A stretch of DNA of 63,029 nucleotides, the filler included, from Nemertoderma westbladi (lineage: Eukaryota > Animalia > Xenacoelomorpha), in NCBI GenBank assembly GCA_032718475.1. It is 3 parts of 3 records of this genome, joined end to end, with 100 filler letters (N's around TTAATTAATTAA, not from the genome) between each part and the next. Parts side by side here need not be neighbours in the genome. Positions count along the whole stretch, not along the records: positions 1 to 30,356 come from JAUCBJ010003697.1; positions 30,457 to 52,780 come from JAUCBJ010006051.1; 1 more part is not named here. One strand, written 5' to 3'. Positions 27,401 through 38,697 of the stretch are shown here, piece by piece. The translations under genes and the position numbers were made by a program. The notes beneath the pieces are model-generated. The model was not told the origin of the DNA, did no database searches, and saw only the letters and a program-made list of their open reading frames with translations. The first letter of the stretch is position 1, and every line of letters starts with the position of its first letter.

Positions 27401-30356
27401 GTAATGTTGTATGAATGTGTTTGTAATGTTGTATGAATGTGTTTGTAATGTTGTATGAATGTGTTTGTAATGTTGTATGAATGTGTTTGTAATGTTGTAT
27501 GAATGTGTTTGTAATGTTGTATGAATGTGTTTGTAATGTTGTATGAATGTGTTTGTAATGTTGTATGAATGTGTTTGTAATGTTGTATGAATGTGTTTGT
27601 AATGTTGTATGAATGTGTTTGTAATGTTGTATGAATGTGTTTGTAATGTTGTATGAATGTGTTTGTAATGTTGTATGAATGTGTTTGTAATGTTGTATGA
27701 ATGTGTTTGTAATGTTGTATGAATGTGTTTGTAATGTTGTATGAATGTGTTTGTAATGTTGTATGAATGTTTTGTAATGTTGTATGAATGTGTTTGTAAT
27801 GTTGTATGAATGTGTTTGTAATGTTGTATGAATGTGTTTGTAATGTTGTATGAATGTGTTTGTAATGTTGTATGAATGTATTGTAATGTTGTATGAATGT
27901 GTTTGTAATGTTGTATGAATGTGTTTGTAATGTTGTATGAATGTGTTTGTAATGTTGTATGAATGTGTTTGCAATGTTGTATGAATGTGTTTGTAATGTT
28001 GTATGAATGTGTTTGTAATGTTGTATGAATGTGTTTGTAATGTTCTATGAATGTGTTTGTAATGTTGTATGAATGTGTTTGCAATGTTGTATGAATGTGT
28101 TTGTAATGTTGTATGAATGTGTTTGTAATGTTGTATGAATGTGTTTGTAATGTTGTATGAATGTGTTTGTAATGTTGTATGAATGTGTTTGTAATGTTGT
28201 ATGAATGTGTTTGTAATGTTGTATGAATGTGTTTGTAATGTTGTATGAATGTGTTTGTAATGTTGTATGAATGTGTTTGTAATGTTGTATGAATGTGTTT
28301 GTAATGTTGTATGAATGTGTTTGTAATGTTGTATGAATGTGTTTGTAATGTTGTATGAATGTGTTTGTAATGTTGTATGAATGTGTTGTAATGTTGTATG
28401 AATGTGTTTGTAATGTTGTATGAATGTGTTTGTAATGTTGTATGAATGTGTTTGTAATGTTGTATGAATGTGTTTGTAATGTTGTATGAATGTGTTTGTA
28501 ATGTTGTATGAATGTGTTTGTAATGTTGTATGAATGTGTTTGTAATGTTGTATGAATGTGTTTGTAATGTTGTATGAATGTGTTTGTAATGTTGTATGAA
28601 TGTGTTTGTAATGTTGTATGAATGTGTTTGTAATGTTGTATGAATGTGTTTGTAATGTTGTATGAATGTGTTTGTAATGTTGTATGAATGTGTTTGTAAT
28701 GTTGTATGAATGTGTTTGTAGTGTTGTATGAATGTGTTTGTAATGTTGTATGAATGTGTTTGTAATGTTCTATGAATGTGTTTGTAATGTTGTATGAATG
28801 TGTTTGTAATGTTGTATGAATGTGTTTGTAATGTTGTATGAATGTGTTTGTAATGTTGTATGAATGTGTTTGTAATGTTGTATGAATGTGTTTGTAATGT
28901 TGTATGAATGTGTTTGTAATGTTGTATGAATGTGTTTGTAATGTTGTATGAATGTGTTTGTAATGTTGTATGAATGTGTTTGTAATGTTGTATGAATGTG
29001 TTTGTAATGTTGTATGAATGTGTTTGTAATGTTGTATGAATGTGTTTGTAATGTTGTATGAATGTGTTTGTAATGTTGTATGAATGTGTTTGTAATGTTG
29101 TATGAATGTGTTTGTAATGTTGTATGAATGTGTTTGTAATGTTGTATGAATGTGTTTGTAATGTTGTATGAATGTGTTTGTAATGTTGTATGAATGTGTT
29201 TGTAATGTTGTATGAATGTGTTTGTAATGTTGTATGAATGTGTTTGTAATGTTGTATGAATGTGTTTGTAATGTTGTATGAATGTGTTTGTAATGTTGTA
29301 TGAATGTGTTTGTAATGTTGTATGAATGTGTTTGTAATGTTGTATGAATGTGTTTGTAATGTTGTATGAATGTGTTTGTAATGTTGTATGAATGTGTTTG
29401 TAATGTTGTATGAATGTGTTTGTAATGTTGTATGAATGTGTTTGTAATGTTGTATGAATGTGTTTGTAATGTTGTATGAATGTGTTTGTAATGTTGTATG
29501 AATGTGTTTGTAATGTTGTATGAATGTGTTTGTAATGTTGTATGAATGTGTTTGTAATGTTGTATGAATGTGTTTGTAATGTTGTATGAATGTGTTTGTA
29601 ATGTTGTATGAATGTGTTTGTAATGTTGTATGAATGTGTTTGTAATGTTGTATGAATGTGTTTGTAATGTTGTATGAATGTGTTTGTAATGTTGTATGAA
29701 TGTGTTTGTAATGTTGTATGAATGTGTTTGTAATGTTGTATGAATGTGTTTGTAATGTTGTATGAATGTGTTTGTAATGTTGTATGAATGTGTTTGTAAT
29801 GTTGTATGAATGTGTTTGTAATGTTGTATGAATGTGTTTGTAATGTTGTATGAATGTGTTTGTAATGTTGTATGAATGTGTTTGTAATGTTGTATGAATG
29901 TGTTTGTAATGTTGTATGAATGTGTTTGTAATGTTGTATGAATGTGTTTGTAATGTTGTATGAATGTGTTTGTAATGTTGTATGAATGTGTTTGTAATGT
30001 TGTATGAATGTGTTTGTAATGTTGTATGAATGTGTTTGTAATGTTGTATGAATGTGTTTGTAATGTTGTATGAATGTGTTTGTAATGTTGTATGAATGTG
30101 TTTGTAATGTTGTATGAATGTGTTTGTAATGTTGTATGAATGTGTTTGTAATGTTGTATGAATGTGTTTGTAATGTTGTATGAATGTGTTTGTAATGTTG
30201 TATGAATGTGTTTGTAATGTTGTATGAATGTGTTTGTAATGTTGTATGAATGTGTTTGTAATGTTGTATGAATGTGTTTGTAATGTTGTATGAATGTGTT
30301 TGTAATGTTGTATGAATGTGTTTGTAATGTTGTATGAATGTGTTTGTAATGTTGTA
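15468..30356 (+). repeat. 22-bp TG-rich satellite array 2, ~14.9 kb, running to the contig end
   Basis: Same unit as array 1. Variant-rich proximally and apparently invariant from ~28780 to 30356. Confidence 0.99.
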
Positions 30357-30456
30357 NNNNNNNNNNNNNNNNNNNNNNNNNNNNNNNNNNNNNNNNNNNN
30401 TTAATTAATTAANNNNNNNNNNNNNNNNNNNNNNNNNNNNNNNNNNNNNNNNNNNN
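30357..30456. other. Artificial contig linker (N44-TTAATTAATTAA-N44, six-frame stop)
   Basis: Exactly 100 nt with a central all-frame stop 12-mer. Identical to 52781-52880. Confidence 0.97.
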
Positions 30457-32287
30457 TGTTGTTCGGTACATGTCTACTATGATGGGATAGATGAGCTTTA
30501 AACACTCAGGTATTTTAAAGACCTCAGGGGGAACACCATCTACTCCACTGGCACGATTGGTCTTAATGCTCTTTGCAGCAGCCTTCACTTCTGCAAAGGA
30601 GATATCGCCAATGGGAATATCTGGGAGTACAGACTCAGACACTTTTACTTCTATAAAGTTATCAGGCAATACCCTGTCATTATTGAGGAGCTTTTCAAAG
30701 TGGGCTTTCCAACCATTAAGGCGATCGGCTGGTGATTCAGCCTTAACCTTGGTGGTTGGTTGGCTTTTCCGCCCAGTAAGCAGATTGATCGATTTCCATG
30801 CCTGGGATGATTGCCTGCTGTCGTCAGCATCATTGATGGCATCAACCTGTTGGTTTATTAGCTCCTGTAGATTAACAGAGTACTGCCTGTTCAGGGACCT
30901 AGATGCAGCCTTAACTGCATTCTTGGCCGCTGTAGTCTGTTTGAGTCGGGACTCTTTCTGCGCCTTATGAAGGTCATTTCGGCACTTCTGAATTTTGTTG
31001 TCATTCCAGGGGGCCCTTTTCCTGTTTCGAGGGTATACAGGAACTGTTTCTGCAGCTGCTAACTTAACTGCTTCTGTAAAGGCAGTATAGCCCTCACAGT
31101 GATCTGCCGCCTCAGAGGCAAGAGCCCCATACCTGTTGCTCAGCTGTAGTGTGAAGCTGGATCTCACACTTGGCTGTTGCAACAGAGAGGACCAGTCATG
31201 CCGCGGCAAGGCAGATTTCGTTGTTCTGCTAACACGCAGACTAAGTCTTACCTTGGCCACAATAAGGCGGTGATCACTGGAGAAGGGTCGAAGTGTAAAT
31301 GCATTACAGTCTTGTATAGAGCTCCTGTATTTCCTACGAAACAGAATATGGTCTATCTGGGACTTGTGACCACTGGGTCCACTATGAGTCCATAGCTTTC
31401 CAGTTCGCTTCTTGAACTGGGTTCCAGCCGAAAACAATCCATTTCCAGAGATAAAATCCTGAAGATGGACAGAATTTCGGTTAACACTATTGCTATAGAC
31501 CCAGGGCGATGTAGGTGATTGATGCAGACGTGCATTAAGGTCTCCCAGGAATGTTAAGAATGCATGCTGATCCACTCCATCAGTAGCTGCTTGTAGATTG
31601 TGGTAGAAATTTTCCACCTCCTCTACAGGGGCAACACTAGTTGGAGAGTAGCACACAATCAGAACCACCTTAGGAAACTTCTTAGCCAGTCTTCCAGAAC
31701 ATGAGAAGTGGCAACGGATGATGCGGTTAGAGATTTGGTCTATTTTGTCCAATGCTGCATGTGCAGTTGGATTCATCAATAGACCAATTCCACCATTGCC
31801 ACTATCATCTGCTGACGCGAGGGCGAGTCGCCAACCGCCCCCCCATGTCCTTAATCAGAACCTCATCAGTCTGTCCAGTCTGCATTCGGTGCTCTTGAAC
31901 ACCCACTGCGCTAAGAGAAAGCTTATCTGCCAAGGCAGTCAGCTCACCTTGTCGCATTGGGGACCCGAGTGTTAGGGTGTTTACTGAGGCTAGTCTAGTG
32001 ACTTGCCTCAGATTCACCAATGGCTTTGTTGGTCGGGGTGGAACATGAGAGTAGCCTCCAACTCCAGAATCCCTCTCCCCATCACAATCTGGCCTCCCTG
32101 GTGACCCAGGGTTTGGGCCAGAAAGGTCATCAGGAAAGGGACTCAAAGAATTGTTGGCTGCTCTCTCTCCAGTAGGGGGTGAGACAGGCAGCCGGTCAGG
32201 AGTTAACTGACGCCTGTGAGGCCGATTGTGTCCGGTAATTCCACTGGCCTCTAGTGGCCGGACCTCCGCATTGCTAATGTAATCCAT
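30457..32287 (-). CDS. RTE APE-RT polyprotein (partial; one frameshift in the C-run near 31840)
   Basis: ORF track 31805..32377 and 30409..31779 join through a homopolymer frameshift. Likely start MDYISNAEV at 32287. Confidence 0.75.
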
Positions 32288-32735
32288 AGTGGGGGTTGGG
32301 GGGTGCTTTTTTGCCGAGTCAGCTCTCGGGGCAAATACCACACCCTGGTTTACCATTCCACAGGGTGGGTGTCGCAATGGAGTCAGATATGAGGCCCATC
32401 ACCCATATCTACTCTGGCGCACATGACCCACCATTGGCTATTGCAGCTCATCTGCTGGGTCATGCCCTTTACCCTTGCTGCCAGGTGCAGGTCGCAGTGA
32501 AGTGCTCTCAGAGTGGACATGAGAACACTCTACTCCTAACCAGCCATTGGTAGATCACCATCTGCCTGGTCAGGCCATATACCCCTGCAGCCAAGTATAT
32601 GGGTCCTTAATCCAGGACCAAGGGCGTCCTTATCCCAGAACGAAGGGGGTCCTAGTTACAGGACCAGATTTGCCCTAGTAAGAGGGTCTATGCAGCTACA
32701 GGTGGCACCTCCTTTATGCTGCATGGAGGTGGCAA
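30457..32735 (-). mobile_element. RTE-clade non-LTR retrotransposon, 5' half (5' UTR, APE endonuclease, linker, start of RT), cut by the contig end
   Basis: APE motifs ASVNTLTL, VGVQEHR, CYSPT, LGDLNAR, WTH..SQIDHIL, SDHRLI, and pre-RT ASGVDGVPPEVFK. Single-ORF layout typical of RTE. 32508-32602 recurs at 52881-52975. Confidence 0.88.
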
Positions 32736-32818
32736 GTTTTCTTGATCAATGACCTAGAATACCTGACCTGACCTCTATTAAATATGACCTGACTTCTATT
32801 AAAGTAACGGATCTTCTA

Positions 32819-33400
32819 TTAAAGTAGACGGGACTGGAACAGCGATTTCGATTTCTTGCACCGGAGTTCATCAGGTAGAGAGTTCCAGACACGAGGACCT
32901 CGAAAGTTCACGGAACGCTGGGATGAACTGAGATGGAATAGTGGGAGAGTGAAATCAGATCTGGCAGCAGATCTGGTGAAATGTGAGTGGACTGTGTTGC
33001 GTTTTTGATATAGTTTGGAAAGTTCGGATGTGTGATTTATACGGTTCGAATGAATGTCGTACATAAATGAAGCTACTTGATATTCATATAATAAATTGAG
33101 GTGTAATATTTTTAACTGTTGATAAATTGGTGTAGAAGAATTACGATAGTAGGTGAACGTGATGCAACAGAGAAGTTTATTAATTTTTATGCGAATTGGT
33201 TTTATAGCAGTGGAGGGGGTGTTGCCCCATAGAATAAAACAGTAATTTACATATGGATGAATAAGAGAAAAATAAAGTGTGCGTAATATATTGAGGGGGA
33301 AAATGTGGCGTAGTTTTTAAAATAAGTCCTGTAGATCGGGAATTTTTTTTAATAACATATTAAATATGGGTTTTCCAATTCAGTTTGTAATCGATCCAAA
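32819..33400 (-). mobile_element. CR1-group (Crack/Daphne-like) LINE 3' remnant
   Basis: HSHFTRSAARSDFTLP...FRGPRVWNSLP C-terminal motif. Upstream LRTLYFSLIHP and WGNT-like fragments. Confidence 0.7.
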
Positions 33401-35089
33401 ACTGCGACTGGGAGACCTAGCTGACACCATTCAGGAGTGCGTCGACGCTCAAGATGAACTGCTCCAAATGGTTGGCCACTTTGAGAATGCGGTCAGGGCG
33501 TGATGCAGCTAATGCATGCCGTACCGCTGCGCAAACCTACCTTTCCACCCATTCTGGTATCTGGTCCATTATCTCAGGTGCAAGTTCTCGTATGAGTGCA
33601 TGATAGACCCATCAAGAACTCAAAGCCAACCTCGAACTTGAGCACTTTGAAAAAACTCAGTCTCGACGCAACTGAGCATATGAGCTGGCTGATCTGCAGG
33701 CTGCCCAAGATGCGAGAATGCAGTCCGAGCACCAGAAACTCGCCAACGCGACGAATTGGAAAGAACTCAAACTGAGAGTGGAGCGTTGCCATCTCATTTC
33801 TCGCTCCACTCCCATAGGACAACATGTCTAACATTGGAGAGAATCCCGACATTCCAGAGCCTACACGAGCCAGCCTCTCTGAGCCCCAGCTACCACCATC
33901 ATGGTCCCATCGATGACTGGAAACCCATTATTCCTACCCCCTCCTAGTTGGGTGACCTCAGCTCCTGTGAACCAATTTTCCTCCTCCATCAGGACTGATC
34001 TTCCTCTCAACTACCCATCCGTTGCGCACTCTATCAGCATAAACTCACAAACTCAAGCTCTTCCCGACTTCAGAGCTCGGTTTCAGATTGACAATGGCTG
34101 CCCGGCTTCCTCCCGGGTCCTCCCTGGAGGTGAAGTTTCATTGGAATGAACTTTGAGCAGGATCCCTTCCCGCTCCGCTACCACAATTACAAACTCACAA
34201 TGACTAGATCCACAACATTCGGACTCAATCCACCAGGACCACAAGGTCTAATGGCAGGTTCATCGATCCGTTAATTGCTCTCTCCTATCCCCAGATTGAC
34301 ATCGAACAATTCGATAGGTCAATAAAGTAATAGCTATCGTTCATCATCTCATTCAAAGCGCTGGTCCACAACGTCATAGCCACAGATGCCCCGCATTCAG
34401 GACAGTGTCGCCGACCTGATCAACAACCCCAACTTATACATTGATACGAAACAACCCAAATTCTTCATCGGGGGTCGGTGCCTTGCTAGGACAACTCCAG
34501 ACGACCAAAGGGGAATAAAGATAACTCGAAACCACCATGGCCATCCCATTCAAAAATCTGCGCAATCATTGGTGATTTGAGCACAGTCCCAGTAATCAGG
34601 GAGTGAAATAGCTGCCCAAAATGCTGCAAAAATTACTCGCTTCCATCCTGTCCCGGGTTCAAACAACTAATGCTGAGAGATTGCATCGCCCTCGCTAAAG
34701 ACCAGGGAGCCAGGCAACACTCATCCTCAACACTGATTTGCTTGCCTAGTCAAGAAACATCGCTCTACCGATTGCGGCTGCAAGAAACCATGCAAACTCG
34801 ATGGTTGCAACAAACGACACCACAAACTCCTTCACCCCCCCCCCCCCCTGCCTATACTCCTGGTCCCCACACCACAGCGGGTCCAGCCTCCAAAGCATCT
34901 GGTATCTTCACCACCTCGGCGCACAGAGTTGGAAGCTTCATCTCTCTCCAAATCGTCCTGATTCGTGTCATCTCTCTAGCCAGGAAATTGCTACAAACTC
35001 TGGCCTTAATCGAACTTGGGAGCCAGGCTACACTCATCCTCAAGAGTCTGGCTAAATGGCTAGGTCTGCCAGGTAGAGCCAGGAAAATT
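33400..35089 (+). mobile_element. Decayed BEL/Pao LTR retrotransposon, gag and first half of protease (host of a nested insertion)
   Basis: PQIDIEQFD...FKALVH (DUF1759-like gag) and IVLIRV...TLALIELGSQATLI (degenerate D-S-G protease motif). Many stops and frameshifts. Confidence 0.65.
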
Positions 35090-35744
35090 TGTGATGGGAT
35101 CGGAGATCCCGACCGGGTTAGAAATTTACGCGTCACCGTTCTGCTGGGCAATCGTGCTACTTGCTTTGGCCGAAGGCCGTTGGGGAAAACAATAAGAGTT
35201 TGTGTTGTTTCTCAATATTGATTAACATAGACAATAATAGCACGTCGGTAATGATAAGATGGATATAGCAGAAAATACAGATTAATTGCTGTTAATGGCG
35301 GTGACGGTCATTAATATGACCGGTCTGCACTGACTGAATAACTCAACTGACCGGTAAATCAGTAATGTAGGATAATATATGGTTAACACACATTGATATT
35401 GATTTCACCTCTTACTGTACTTTGGCCCTCTGTACCCAATTGATGCTTTCCTATCCCTAATCACGTGCTTCCCTCCCCACTATTGGCTAATATACTAATT
35501 GTCACTTTGGCACTCCCTGTGAGTGTTTCCCCCCGCTGCTAGCCTCTACTAGCTGTGTTCCCTCCGTGGTGGTTTGACCTCTCACCTTTCTCTGTGGCTT
35601 TTGGGGCTTGTGTCGCCCCCCCCCCCCCCAATGTTGGTTATGAGACGAGATTAATATTGGTAATCTCGTATCCCCAACATATTGCTAAAATGCCACTGGT
35701 CCCATTTTCTGGTGGGTAATGAAGTGGAATTTAATCCGCTTACA
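35090..35744 (-). repeat. 3' LTR (655 bp; minus strand TGTAAGCGG...CCCATCACA)
   Basis: 35398-35744 matches 43734-44082 at roughly 95%. Both ends resemble LTR 46073-46667. Confidence 0.88.
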
Positions 35745-35763
35745 CTCCCCCCCATTCTATCTT
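35745..35763 (-). other. Polypurine tract
   Basis: Minus strand AAGATAGAATGGGGGGGAG immediately before the LTR TG. The equivalent GCATGGGGGAG precedes LTR 46073. Confidence 0.8.
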
Positions 35764-36444
35764 CCCGGTGAGAAGATAGCATCAACCTTAAGTGTGCTTC
35801 AATTCTGCTGGAACCCAATCTAATATAGGGTGTGGGGTGGTCGGCTTTCCAGACCGTCCCCCTGGGTATGTTATTGCTACCTCTCCTTGGTGCAATTGCG
35901 AGCTATGTTGCACCAATGTATCTGACGTCTCTGTTTGAGACAATTGTGGACTCTCTTCGCACAATTTTCTAGATCCTCTCTCTAATCTTACTCTCGGAAC
36001 TCTTTGTCCCTTACTCTCTTTCTTGCAGACCTCGCTGTCCCTTACTCTCTCTCTTACTGCTAGCTCCCCACACTTGAATTGCACTACTCTCACTTCCTCA
36101 TGCGCCAACACCCCCTATCCATACTTCCCTCATACTCAACCCATTTTGGTTCTCCGTCCCCTCCTGTCAGGCTCCCACATTCTCATCAGTGTGGCCGCAC
36201 TTGAGAAATGGGATCCGTCTAATGTCTCGTCCTCATGTCATAGTCAATTGGTCCCCAATCCCAGTAGCTAATTGGAAAAAGGTTATATGACTATAATACT
36301 TACTTTGATTATATATTCATTGTAATTATATTGATTATTTACATACGTACATACTAATTGCGCTTAATTATTTGCACTTAGGAGTTTGTAATTATCTCCA
36401 CATGTGGTGCCTTGCAGGCACCCCCACATCTCCCCCTCTGAGTC

Positions 36445-37697
36445 CTAGTTCGCTCTTCCTGTCTTCGGGAACCATCTTAGTTCTTTCCCCCTGTCATCAT
36501 CTTGTCTGGGCCGCTTCCTTCCCTCTGGCTTCTCCTCTCTGAGACTCCTCATTCTCGCTGTTACCGCCTTGCTAATTCCCATGGTCGATTCTTTGGGCGC
36601 TGGTGTTATCAACTCCTGGTAACGCTTTGCAGGTGGCCCTTCCGAATGCCCCTCCTGCTTCCCCCTGGTAGCGTCCCACAAGAACATTTTCATCGTTTGC
36701 GGCACATGCTCAGCCACAAAATCCCTGAACTCGCCTCTGTTTTCTAGCGCGTCCACCCTTCCAAGTACCTCTGCATGTTGATGACTCCTCCATATGATGC
36801 CGCTGTCGCTACCTCCTGGTATGTGAATGGCAGTCTCCTCTTGATAATCTCCAGATGGGCTTCCAAATTGATGTTGAAGAAACCCCATCGGAACTCCTGG
36901 GCCTTCATCCTCTGTCTCGTCATATGCCCCTTTCCACCTTGGCTTCCACCTGTGACTTTCCACCCTTCCTGTTCCCTTGGTCACCCTCTCACGAAATCGC
37001 CCTCAGAGCCCACTGGCATGGTCATCACTTGCAATCCTGATGTTGACTGTTTCGGCAATTCTTCCGTCCATTCCAGCTCCTCTCCCAGAAACTCGCCTGA
37101 GCTCCCTGATCCCCACCTCAGCTCGTCCAAGTTCTGGGCTTTGAACCCGTAATTCTCTCCCCTTATGTCCGCCTCTCTCTAGTCTGCTTCCCTTCTTTCT
37201 CGCCTGGCAACTTCTTCCAGTCGCTTCTCCTCGACTCTATCCGCTTCCAGCTTCTCCCATCTCTTGTATGGTGTATCCACCTCTCTGTCTACTAGGTGCC
37301 GGCTGTCGTAGTACACCGACTCGCCCTTCAGCCCCGGGTGGTCTACCAGACCTTCGAAGGCCACCTTAAAGGCTCTTCTGTAGTTTAGAGGTGCTCCTGA
37401 TAGCAGAAACGCCGTCGGCTCTCTTCCGATAACCACGACCATGAATAAGTTTAGTAAACCTATCATTATCTAGTCCTCCTGTAGGATATATCTCTTCTGA
37501 TATATCTTTATCGCTCCTCTTCGGAATTGATACACCTCCTGTCTTCCTGGTCTCGCTCCCCATTTCAGCGAGCTCGCCAGCTCCGCTACGTACTCCTCCC
37601 GGAACTTACCCCAGTCCATTGGCTTGTGGCAGACAATCCCCATGAGCTGGCCCATCGCCACTGCTCCACAATGTCCTATGTTCTCTACCACCCCCAA
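36445..37697 (-). pseudogene. ORF2 of unknown function (~415 codons; three in-frame stops, one frameshift)
   Basis: 37697-37470, 37466-37179 and the continuation to ~36750 share one frame (...MKAQEFRWGFFNINLEAHLEIIKRRLPFTYQEVATAASYGGV...), then shift to ENRGEFRDF...WFPKTG. A homolog lies at 44840-45300. Confidence 0.7.
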
Positions 37698-37789
37698 AGT
37701 GCCAATTTTCCTAAGTCTTATTTTATTTTTATTATGTTCCCCCCTGTCTGTGCTATTATCCTATCTACCTTTCTACTTCCTTCTTACTA

Positions 37790-38530
37790 TGTACCCTACT
37801 ACTACTATGGTATGCCTACATACCCTTTACTTTCTTACTACGTGGCGCTCTCGGTGCCCACAACTTCTAACTTCTATTGTACTATGCACCCTAATACTAC
37901 TACTATGGTATACCTACATACCACACCCTTCACTCTCTCACTATGTGGCGCTTTCAGTGCCCACAACCCCTCTGCTACTACCTCTATGGTATACCTACAT
38001 ACCATACCCATCTACTCTCTTACTACATGGCGCTTTTGGTGCCCACAACCCCTTTGCTACTACTTCTATGGTATACCTACATACCATACCCTCTACTCTC
38101 TTACTACGTGGCGCTTTTGGTGCCCACAACCTCTAACTCTCTCGGTACTATGTACCCTACTACTACTCTCGTGGTATGTCTATATACCACACTCCCTAAT
38201 CTCTAACTTCTAACTCTCCTCTTACTCTCACTAACTTCTAACTCTCCTCTTACTCTTACTAACTTCTACTAACTTTCTAACTTCTTACTTCTTACTAACT
38301 CTTACTAACTTCTAACTCTCCTCTTACCCTTACTGACTTCTACTAACTTTCTAACTTCTTACTTCTTACTAACTCTTACTAACTTCTAACTCTCCTCTTA
38401 CCCTTACTGACTTCTAACTCTCCTCTTACCCTTACTGACTTCTACTAACTTTCTAACTTCTTACTCTTACGGTACTATGTACCCCGCTACTCTCGTGGTA
38501 TGTCAATATACCACACTCCCTAACTTCTAA
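37790..38530. repeat. Inter-ORF tandem repeats: about five 80-100-bp units, then CTAACTTCT/CTCTTA-type short repeats
   Basis: TGGTAT core at ~37808, 37906, 37987, 38069 and 38172. Low-complexity C/T/A repeats at 38200-38470. Confidence 0.85.
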
Positions 38531-38697
38531 CTACTTACCTAGTGCTACGTATTATCTACTACTATTATTTTCTACTATCACACTACTTATTTTATTATTT
38601 TATTATTTTCTTATTATTTATTTTTGTATTTTGTGTGGGAAGGGCGTCTCGCCCTCATTCCCACCCCCCTCAGTCCAACATATTGGACAACTAAACT

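Noticed and set aside
2878-28084. Giant minus-strand ORFs (up to 2772 aa) of HIHTTLQTHSYNITNTFIQHYK repeats
   Set aside because: The C/A strand of the 22-mer has no stop codon in any frame. All three frames give the same peptide and 21-bp variants shift frames freely, so this is a satellite artefact.
30357-30456. RTE element apparently adjacent to the TG-rich array (telomere-targeting retrotransposon)
   Set aside because: They are separated by an artificial contig linker, so the adjacency is not biological evidence.
32422-32464. Hammerhead-like CAGAUGAG in the RTE leader, and CTGGATGAG...GAAA at ~47283
   Set aside because: The CUGANGA/GAAA core and required stems are not satisfied.
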